From Seison nebaliae (Eukaryota), in NCBI GenBank assembly GCA_023231475.1, contig JALJEE010002316.1, forward strand, positions 124,001-188,000: 64,000 nucleotides of DNA, read 5' to 3'. This document shows positions 49,948-61,386 of this stretch, piece by piece. The notes under the pieces were generated by a model. It was not told the DNA's origin and did no database searches. It worked only from the letters and a program-made list of their open reading frames with translations. The number at the start of each line of letters is the position of its first letter. Positions within the stretch are counted from its first letter, which is position 1. Position numbers and translations under genes: made by a program.

Positions 49948-52900
49948 GTGTAAGGGGAAAAATGTCATTTATGGAAAGTATTGTCGTCTAAACATTCATA
50001 GGATTAGATTTATCATAAGAAAATTTTAGTTGAATAATATCTATTACATCATCAACCGATTAACAAGTATTAGGAATGGAAAATATTAAGACATAATCAT
50101 AATGGAGAGAATTGGAATTTGAGAATATATTTTTTCAATAACAAACAAATCAGAATAACATGAGAATATTGGGAGAATATTATTAGAAAATAAGTCATTC
50201 TTATAAATATTCTCCCTTTTGTCCATTCTTACTTAACCACAAGATCGACGCGGTTTGGCAGGAATGGAACGTGAATAGAAAGAAGAACGATTGAATTACT
50301 CACAAAAGACGTTCCACAATTTCACTCTCGCCAACCATCCCCAACTTACTAACGATTCTTTCTGAAATTATTAATATTATCAGAATCGATGTTGATCGAT
50401 TCGACATTTGGAAATTGAAAGAATAATTATGATCGATTACAATGAACTTCGAGAGACAGAGGCATTATTATGTCAAGATATCGGGTCTCATTTTCAACGA
50501 CCGTGTAACTTCTCTTGTCATCACACGAAGTTCCTTCAAACCCGATTATTATCCCTCAAAATTTTGCACGAACAAAAATTTCGAAATACAATTTCACTTT
50601 TAGGTTTTGAAATTATTTCGGTAGGAATGATAAAATTGAGAATTATTCTTATGAATATGTTTCAGGTGAGTTAAAGCCAAAGAAGGAAATTGAGTTTTAT
50701 TAGGAATGTCTCATGATTCTTCTCCAGATGAGAATATGGAATTTTGGAGGAGTATGTCTTATGAAAAGTTGACTAATCGTTGGAATTGAAGTGAAGTGAA
50801 TAGAACGTTCAGAAAAATGGCACTATTCGACCAATAACTAGGCTAACGACACACTTCATCTAATCCGAACAAGTGAATCATTGAAACTGAAATCTGATTG
50901 AAATCGGTTATTTTACAATAAGAACCATTCTTTCTTTCATTTCACATATCAAAAAAAAGAAGTATTGGAAAGGTCTTCTCCACTTACGGAGCAAAATAAC
51001 TTTCAGATTAACCTTAACTTTCTGACTTGACATCTACTCTCTCACTCCCACCATTTCGCGATTGTCAAGTTCGGTGGGAAAGATGGTGAAGGTGCGGGAG
51101 AAGAAGTGATGGAAATCGAATATACTTCAATAGAATTGAATGATAGAAATTTAATACGAAATAAAGAAAATGGAAATCAATTGAACACGGTTACTCCAGT
51201 CAACAACTGTAGCTACTGACTGATGAGAGGAGAGATACAAAAGAAGAAAAAACTCAATCACATGGAATATGTTGTTCCCTTCAAAAGAGAAAATGAGGAG
51301 AGACTAGATCCGTCTCTCCACAATAATGAATATTCCACAAATTCGATCGGCATTTATCAAGCTGATGAGAGAATTCGCAGGTTCCACAATTCCATCAGTT
51401 ATGTTCCCATAAGAAGTTATCGTAAACAGTTCTTTTCACGAAGATGGATGACAAAATATTTAAACAAAATTTATTAGAGTTGTCTTTCTTCAGTGTTTCC
51501 AATGAACAAATAATGAATAGATTCGGGAGATACATGATTGATCATTTATACGCTAGCTTGTCTTGACTCCACTCAACTATGTTAATCGGTTTGTTGTACG
51601 ACGAAAAGAATCGTCAGTTTTCTATTTATTATTACGTCGTTGCCACTTTCGATTATGTGATTTGTTCATTGTTTATTGTTTTCAGTTATTATCGAATAAT
51701 TGTCCGAATGTTTGTTGGTTGATTCTCATTTAAGTATTGTAAGGAATGTTTGTTCATTTTAAACAATATAGTATTTAAACGATAACATGATGTTTATCCA
51801 CAATTCTCTTCTCATACACTCTCTCCTCTAAACAATATTCAGTCTGCCATTTTCAGTCATATTCAATTCATCAGCCACTTCTTCTCATTGATGGACGCTA
51901 AACTGGACATTTAAATTTTTTTCAAGTATCACAATTAGTTTCTTTTAAAATTCACATGCATTTTATACTTATCCGGTTAATCAGACTTGTCATCTATCGG
52001 ACAAAGAATTAAACGACAAATGGTCATAAGAGTTAATGGACATAACATCATGAGATTCAGTACAAATGCGATTATAATTGAAAGTGCCTTGAAGGTGTTT
52101 GATGATAAACAAACAAATTTTATGAAATACAAATAAGCAATAAAATAAAAAAAATTATTAAGCATAAGTTCAGAAATTTGAAGGATTTCTTTATCACTTC
52201 ATGAGGAATAAGTGATGGAATTTTTTCAGATGCAATTTTCAGAATGTCTTCGATATTCGAAAAAAATGTTTTTTCTGAAATTTCGATTGTCGAACGATTA
52301 AGATGAAATTTAATACTTTTATAATCGAAATTGAATTTTTATGATTTCGTATATATTCTTAAAGTAATAATAATAATTATTATATATGAGAGAATTTAAT
52401 ATTTAAAAATTTTAATATCAATTTATAGGGAATTAGGTTTGTGACTGATGATGAAATGAAGGAGAATCACGGAAAAACATTTAGGATGATTTGTTGTGTA
52501 TGTGGGAAAGTAATGTGCTGAGAGGCATTTTCCGATGACTCGTTCCACTTAGGGATTGTTGAGAATTTCGAAGAAATAAAATTGTGAGAAGATTTTTAGA
52601 AAATTAATCGAATAATTCATGTGATTGACCGGTTCGTCATGATATCGGTATTATAGAAAAGATGAGAAATTGAAGGTGAACAATTTAATTATAAGTGTAT
52701 CTCGACTCGACTAAGTGTAGATGAATGAGTGACATAAGATGATGATTTAATTATCCTGCCGTAGTACTTTATTGAAGGAAGTTAACCAAATCTGATTGCT
52801 GCAAATTCATGAGAGAATATCGAGTTTCTGTTTCCAATACTTTCAAACGCGAGAGGAAAGACGAGCGAGAATTTAATGCTATTTTCCTTTCGTTGACCTA

Positions 52901-54617
52901 ATCCACTTGACATGCATCTAATCGTTAAGAATCCTTTATACTTTCTTCATTTTCCTTCATAGATTACATTGGAACAACTACATATTCCACATCAACATTC
53001 CACTAGTTCCAGAATCTGTTACATTAATATTGGGAGAGATATAGTCGCCAAATCGATCAACTAGAAAAGGCAGACACGAAAGGATCAGATTGGACAACAA
53101 ACGAATATCGTCAATATCAATAATCAATTGAATAAGCAATTTATATTAAATAAAGTTACAAATTTATTATTTCTCATTTAGAGATAAATTGAGTCGTCGC
53201 CATTCCGGCGATGAGCAATGTAGGAAATTGTGTATGTTCTCAATTGTTTATTTGAATAGAGAGCGAACGAGGAGAATTTGGATAGGTGAGATATTGATAA
53301 AATTAAGGGAGGGAAGCGACTAAATGAGTAATTGGAGTCCGTAGTAAATGAAGAGAATAATTAAAATTGAGAATGTTAATGAGAAGAATAAATTGGAAGA
53401 TGGGAATTAATGCCATGATCCATGGCGATGTTGGGAGAACAATATTGAAGAGAAAAATGTTTTTAACTTCCCTCATTGTCAGTGTTTGTTTTCAGTGTTC
53501 GACTCGGGTGCATGTGGTAATTTTATGGAAATTAACGTGGGGAAACACACTCAGTGTTTCTTTGAGTTAGTGAGAAGGGGTTGTGAAATGAGATACAATA
53601 TGAGAGTGGAGATATTGAATGGAAATTGCACAACAATAGTTGTTCTTGTTGCTCTTAAAAGAATAATTATTGTGCCCATGAATATTGCATCGTTTTGCCG
53701 AAAGGAAAATGTTAATCTATTGATTGTTTGCTCGATCATATTTCGTTATCCGCTTCTATCTATCCATCCATCCTCTTATTCTCCGTCTCTTAGACTTATC
53801 TATAATTGGTAGTCGATGTGGGAGAATAGAATTTTATTGATTATTATTCGCTTGTATTAATTTGTTAATTCTATTTGAATGTCGAAATCATCGTACACTG
53901 GTTGCTTTAAGAAGAAATGCAGAATTAATTCCCCGTCATCTCTTCCAGGAAATTATAGTTAATTTTACTTGGCGCAGGATAGAATAAATTTCGACAATTC
54001 ACTTCACATGCTTCGAGCCTTGAACGAATAGAGAGTTGATTTCTTGTGTAATTCGTCCTTTCTCATATACCAGTCCATTTCACTGCCCTTTAACTCGTTA
54101 CAACTTCATGCACTTCATCTTGTCCTTTCCATATTCGCGAATAAATGTCGATTCCATTCCTTCTCAATTCCCATTTTTCAAAATTTTAATAGATTTACAT
54201 TATTAATTGAATATGAATAAAATATAATAGGTTTTCATTAATTTCCTATTAAGTCAAAATTTTTCTTGTTTATCACTCTCGTGTTTTTATCGGGGAAAAT
54301 TTTAAAAATTCCGACGCTAAGGAATATCATTCCAGTATTGTCCAATTCCAATAAAGGAAAGTTCTAATTTGTTAAAGAAAGAAAATTATCGTCCGTATCT
54401 CGCAATAGTTCGCTCAGTTGATTGGTGTTGAAATGTGCAGAGTAGTGAAAGAACGTCAAATAAGTCGTTTATCGTACTGGATAAAAGGAAAACATGTATC
54501 GAACAGTTTTAACATGAATTAGTCAGTGTAATGGAGCAGATCTAATAAGGAGATTACGTATCGAGCCCGAAAAAAGGAGACGAAATAAATTGATGTTATG
54601 TTTTTCAAGTTTAGCGA

Positions 54618-57600
54618 ATGAAGAGTATCCGGAGACATACAGTTTCTACCGGTTTCTATGGTAAATTTGTGATGAACAATCTATTCTACGACGATTCTCA
54701 TTCATCTCGTATCCGTTTGCTTATTAATAATCGCAAGCTGAAAAAAAATATCTGTCGAAGTAATCTACCTATATGTGAGAAGCGAATGGATAAGTTTCAT
54801 AATATGAACTGCATCTTTAATCATAATAATGACGATGAAGATGATGTATCGGAATCACGGATGATAGAAACGTCGAACAACCATCTGAATGTTGAAGAGG
54901 AGAATCATTGTCGAACCAAAATGTCTTCTTCTCCATTAGTTTCACGTAAACGTAAAACAACCGCGAAATATGACGAACGAAAATCGGAAGAGATTCATCG
55001 AAACAAACCGAAGGAAACGTCGATGGAAATAAAGTTTGATGCGAAGGATCAATTGACGAGAAAAGAATTATCGGGGAAATACCTTGAATTATATTTCACA
55101 ACTCTTTTCTTTCCCTCAGATAATAAGTTAACAATGAAATTATTCGGTAATAGGAATGCACTTTTGAAGGAGAAGATGCGGCAAGAGAATGTTGGTCATT
55201 GGATCATCCATCCTTGTAGTAATTTCCGGTTTTACAATCTCTTCCACCATTCAACTCTAATCAACTTTTCAGTTTCTATTGGGATTTGTTAATGCTAGGA
55301 TTATTAATGGCAAATCTAATTATATTACCGGTGGCAATCTCATTTTTTAATGACCGACATTATCCTACCAAATGGTTAACATTCAACATATTCTCCGATT
55401 CCTTCTTCATTCTCGATGTGGTCGTTAATTTTCGTACAGGTTCTCATTCATATATTAAATTATTTCTTTTAAATAATTTATCATATATTCATATTGATTT
55501 ATTTATTTATTAAATTTCCCATTCATTCACTCCCATTCATTCACTCCCAACATTAACGAAGGTATTTTAACTAATGATTATGCCGAAGAAATAATATTGG
55601 AACCGAAAGCAATCGCCAATCATTATTTACGAACTTGGTTCGTTATCGACATGTTGAGTTCGTTACCGTTGGACTACATCTTCATCATATTCGAAGATAC
55701 TGATACCAATTCGAGTTATGTGAAAACGGGTCGTGCATTCAAAGTTCTCCGATTGACCAAATTGATCAGTTTATTGAAGTTGTTGAGAGTGTCACGTCTC
55801 ATTCGATATGTTCGTCAATGGGAAGAGGTATTGTATTTATCATTATTAAGAGATTTATATGGTTTTTAATTTTCTTAAGTTTTTAAGTGTCGCTGGAATG
55901 GTTATGAGAATATTAAATTTAGTTTGTTTAATTTTACTATTGGGTCATTGGAATGGTTGTCTACAATTTCTCGTTCCAATGTTACAAGATTATCCAGAAG
56001 ACTCTTGGGTAATTCTCGATAATATAAAAGTAGAATTGAATTAAAAGATTATGTTAATAATAATGTTTTTAGGATGAGACTTGGTTCATCCAATATACTC
56101 ATTCGTTGTTCAAAGCATTGTCACATATGTTATCGATTGGTTATGGGAAGAATGCTCCTCGTACCAATTCCGATATGTGGATGACAGTGTTAAGTATGAT
56201 GCTCGGTGCGACATGTTATGCGATAATGATTGGTCATGTTTCCGCTCTAATTCATAGTTTCGATGCTTCGAAAAGAATGTATAACGAGAAAGTTTATTTC
56301 TTTCTATTCCATCAAACCGTTTAACCATTTCTAGTATAAACAAGTGGAGGAATATATGGCTTGGAGGAAATTACCGAGAGCGATGCGGAAACGTATTCGT
56401 GATTATTATGAACATCGATATCAAGGGAAAATGTTCGACGAGGAGAATATTCTCAACGAGATATCGGAAAGATTAAGAGAAGTTAAAATTTAAATTTAAA
56501 TTTCTCCATTTTCCATTGTTAGGATGTCTTGAATTATAATTGTCGCTCTTTGGTGGCGAATGTTCCGTTTTTCGCTAACGCCGATCCGAATTTCGTATCT
56601 GATGTTGTCAACAAACTCAGATATGAAGTTTATCAGCCATGTGACATTATCGTGAAAGAAGGAACGATAGGAACGAAAATGTATTTCATACAAGAAGGAG
56701 TGGTCGACGTTTTAAAATCGGATGGAGAAGTGTTCACTTCCTTAAGTGATGGTTCTTATTTCGGAGGTTATTCTTTTATTTTTTAAATTTATTTAATTTA
56801 GATTTTTTTTAGAAATTTGTTTATTAACAAGAGCTAGAAGGACGGCTAGTGTTCAAGCGGTGACATATTGTCATTTGTTTTCTTTGTCCATCGAAAATTT
56901 CAATATCGTTCTCGATCAATATCCATTAATGCGACGTACGATTGAATGTGTTGCGGCGGAGAGATTGACGAAATTAGGGAAGAATCCGAACGTGATTAAT
57001 TCCAGTGAAGATTTGAGGAAAGATCAAGAATTGATGAATGAAATAATTGAGCAGAATAGTGATGAAGCGAGAAATCTCATTTCGAACTATTTGGATGTAA
57101 TGCCAATGAAAAGTTTAAATTTTTTTCATCTTTCAAAATAATTTTAATTAATTTTAATTTAATTAAATTTAAATATATTTTTTAGGAATGTTTGTTGATG
57201 AGAATTTAGAGGATTATTTAAATGGCGCCGTCAATGCCGATTCGACCAGTACTCAATTTAGTCGTCATCCACCCAAAATGCAGACATCATTTGCGCTAAC
57301 ATCTCCTGACAGTTCATCCATTCGCGCCTTTAAACGACCGACAGTCGACTCGAAGATTATAAATAGAACGGGATCATTTCTTCGATCGAAGAAGTTGTTC
57401 ATTCCGAAACAAACACACGCATTCAGTGAAGATGATCTCTCCATACCTTATATCGACAGTGATGCCTCATCATTTGAAGGATCGTGTCGCAATTCGTTAG
57501 CACCAAACCGTCTGTCCAGTTCGCTGTCAGTCGATTTTCTACATCGATTATCGGAGAAGAAACGTCAAAATAATTCAAAAAAAAATAAATCATTGAAAAC

Positions 57601-59440
57601 TTGTCGATATCATGAACAGACGAAGATTCAAGAATTGAGAAATAGTTTGAAAATTAGTCGTCAAAGTCTCTTCAATCATTTCCGTACCATCAGCGAATCG
57701 TACAAAATCCGGAAAACTCTGGTGCAAACTAATTCGGAAAAGAATTTATTAAAACCGGCCGTTCAAGATGAAATTACTTCTCATTTATCACCATTCCAAA
57801 ATAGTGGAATTGCCAATGTTTTCCGCTCGTCAGTTTTCCATAAAATTGGTGATGTCATTACTGCACCGAGATATGCGCTAAAAAAAAGTAAACCATATTC
57901 GAAACCGGTTTTGCTTAGAAATGAAACGAAACAATTAACATCGATGGACAAGATTTCTGTGTATAAGAATTGTCTGAATCCGTATGATAAATTTGTTTCC
58001 GATTCACATAAATCCAATTTGAGGCGTGATGATAATTCGATGATATCGATGGCGAAAGATGACGTTCTATCAATCAGGAATTGTTATCGACGTTCAACCG
58101 AATATACGATGCCTAGTCAACGATCAAGTGGATTGTCGAATACATCTGATTTGATTGATAATCAATCAATCTTCCAAACTAAATCATCACTTTCCGATCA
58201 AACACTCAATGATGATGATATCGAAATGAATCCGAAAGATTCAGTTGGTAGTAAACATTCGGAGAAGAAGAATTTATTTCGAAAAACCATGAGTAAAATT
58301 CTCCCGATGATTAAACATAAGAAATTATTGAAAGAAAATGATTCATCGTCAAAAAAATCATCAATCGCCTCACTCACTAGACAAAATTCGATCATCATCA
58401 AACAATCAAGTCAAAGTACGATATCGTCACATCATCGAAATGAGAAATGTCCAAATCCAATTATTACGATTGAGAATGAAGAAGTCGATTTGAATAAAGA
58501 CGATCATCAACTAAATGGTAAATGTCGACAATCGATGATTGGTCCATTGAATAAATTTAGAAATATCGTTCGATCTGTTGGAAGTAACAGTGCAATTTTG
58601 GAGGAGCATAAAACGGATGTTGTGGAATTGGATTTAGAGAATAATCAATCCTTATTTTCCGGTGATGTTGGACGTCGTTTAACGATTAGTGAGAAATTGA
58701 AAAGTCGAAAAATTGGATCGACACTTTTTAAAACTCCGAAAAATCAACCACTTCAAGCCACCGTCGATGCTCAAGGTGTCTATCAGAGAAAGTTACGTTC
58801 CACCGAAGATCCCGCCATGTTATTCCATATGTTATTGACACCGGATGAAATATCAGCAGAAAGTGAAATGCAACAAAGACAACAATTATTACAATGTAAT
58901 CTTCCTTTTTTACAATTGGCGAGAAATACTTCATTCAATTCTTCGAATAATCTCAATGAATTGAATGAGAATTCCTCCGTCAAATTGGAGGATGGTACGT
59001 TGTCTCCAAAATTCCAAAGTTTTCGACAATCAAAATTCAATGTGAATGATGAGAACGAATCTATGATACAACAACCACTCATTCATACGTCGAATAATGA
59101 ACTGTCCAATTTTCAAAATTTTACAGATAAATTTGATGAAAGTGATTCGAATTATAACAAATTAACACAAACTAATTTAAATCGATGTTTCCGAGTACCA
59201 TCCGTTCGCATTCAAACCAACTCCACTACTCAACATTACGACAACTTATTTCAAAATCCTTCATCCAAACGACCAGCTGCGGAGAATATTCTAACAACCG
59301 CATTACAAAACCGTCTCAAAGACGCCATTGATATAGTGGAACCGAAAAGTTTAGGCGAAAAGAAACAATTTGCAACTATTGCTAGAAATATTTTGAGGAA
59401 ACAGAAAACTAATTATTTGGGAGTGCAAGAAACCGAGTAA
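54618..59440 (+). CDS. HCN: Hyperpolarization-activated cyclic-nucleotide-gated (HCN/Ih) channel, 9 exons, ~750-aa C-terminal tail
   Basis: Introns 55229-55272, 55440-55561, 55828-55879, 56030-56072, 56292-56334, 56482-56522, 56767-56812, 57113-57185. HCN domain [24 protein letters not shown]4 [20 protein letters not shown], pore [29 protein letters not shown]. Confidence 0.95.
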
Positions 59441-59929
59441 GAATGAACTTAAATTATTTATATCATTTTTAAATAAATCTACAATAAAGTTTATTGAATA
59501 AACTGAATAAATTACAAATGATTTTATCCAACCTAATTTCCTTTCTAATCTTCTTAACATCAATTATTAACAATTATTCTACACATTTTATGTTCCTACT
59601 AGAAAGAGTAAATCAATTTTCTACGATTCAAAAAATTTTTTTTTAAATTTGCATAACTTTATTATCGGTGAAATATAATTTGGTGAAAATAGTTATCTTC
59701 ACCATTTTCATCTTTAGTTTATTTTCATAATTTTGTGACATTATTTAAGAATTCTTGTTGTTTGTTAATGTTTTGCTTGATGTGATTTAGTGAGAGATGT
59801 TATCATTGTTGATAATATTAGCTTATAATAGAATTGTTGAATTAGAAATAATTTAGACAGATTCTTATTCGAAATTGTTATTTTTGAATTCGAATTGAAT
59901 AATTAGCGTCTAAATAAATTATATGGGAA

Positions 59930-60103
59930 ATGGCAAAGCGGTTATTGAAAGCGAATTCTGCCAAGAAAATTTGGGCATCATATGCAATCATCATAACCTT
60001 GGGAATTTACGGATTTACATGGGTGCGAAAAGACGTCGAACATCAACGATTTCTATCGATGAAGGAAAGACAAAAGCAAAAAGAATTGATGAAAGAATCT
60101 TAA
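59930..60103 (+). CDS. 57-aa single-TM microprotein (DUF4748-like, possibly mitochondrial)
   Basis: MAKRLLKANSAKKIWASYAIIITLGIYGFTWVRKDVEHQRFLSMKERQKQKELMKES; lies in a different frame from the 59923 ORF listed in the track. Confidence 0.6.
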   Translation: MAKRLLKANSAKKIWASYAIIITLGIYGFTWVRKDVEHQRFLSMKERQKQKELMKES

Positions 60104-60262
60104 ATTATGGGAATATTTAGAAGTAATTTCTTTCCAACATTTTTCTTTGAGATTTCATTTTAATAATATTCAAAAAGAAACAAATTTTATTTATTTTACA
60201 TTATTTCTCAATATATTTCGTTCCACAAAAGATTTAAAATTTTATCGCTTCATTCCACCAAA

Positions 60263-61092
60263 ATGAAGTCGATGTGGACACAATCGATTCGGAATTATGC
60301 GAAACGAATGAGAAGTCCAAAATTTGTCGATTATAAATCGGGAGACAAAGTTGGACTGCCGATTGTGGAGAGTGAAACGATTATGAAAATTTCTCAAAAT
60401 TCTCAGCCGAACATGTTCCATCATTTTGTTTTTCTCAATAATTTTATTTTAAATGAAAGATTTGAAGAGAAATTAAAGAAATTATTTTCCTTAGAATATC
60501 ATCGGAAAGTTCTCCTTTTTTCTCTTTTCATTGAATTCAAACGAATCTTTTCTTAAGAATGAATTGTATAATTGGCAAGAAAATATGCTCGTCTCTTTAG
60601 TCTCGCCCAATTTGAACGACGAAAACGACGTTGGTGTACAAATAGCGAAATTAACAGGACGAATTCGTAAAGAGATTGTCCATCATCAGGAATTGAATGA
60701 AGTTCATAAAGGTCTTAATGAAATTATCTTTTAAATGAATTTAGGATGGTTGGGCGTCAGCTGTTTGTCGAAATAATGTAATGAGACGGAATGATTTATT
60801 GTCAGAATTACGACGCCTGGATAAGGACCGTTATGAATACATTAAATCGATATTAAAAATTGATCATTATATTCCTGGGGAATACTCACGATTCAAGATG
60901 ACAGTACATGGACGTCGACGATGGGAATTGAAGCAATTAGCTCATAATTATCGGATGTACAAATTAGAGAGATTGAAAGAGGAATCGAAAGGGAAACAAG
61001 AAGAATTTGAAAAATATAAAAAGAAGAAATTGAAAGAGATTAATAATCGACTGAAATTAATTGGATTGGAATGTTTGCCTGAAAATAAATAA
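60263..61092 (+). CDS. MRPS15: Mitochondrial small ribosomal subunit protein uS15m
   Basis: Introns 60415-60459, 60509-60557, 60702-60744. Presequence, KKLFSLE, VQIAKLTGRIR, RRNDLLSELRRLDKDRYEYI..LKI. Confidence 0.75.
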
Positions 61093-61386
61093 ATTTCTTT
61101 ATTCTTCTTCTTATCATACTCACACCGATGGATGGATTGTGTGTTTGTACAAACGAAAATTTCTACATCCACACAATCCTCCAGTTAACGATGTGTTGAA
61201 GCGAAATAATTATTCACATTCCATACTTCCATACGAGTAACTATTTCTATCAACTAATTAAAAAAGATGACTGATAATCATCAAAATGATACTTTGGTTT
61301 GAGTAAATCGAAAAAATCTAAAAATCTTCTTTATATTTTTCCAACATTGAAACGAATCGAATAAATTGAATAGTTTTTAAAAAATA

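Noticed and set aside
47500..54500. Scattered 60-108 aa ORFs between the CAP and HCN genes
   Set aside because: No coherent spliced model or motifs, apart from the speculative exon ending at 50665.
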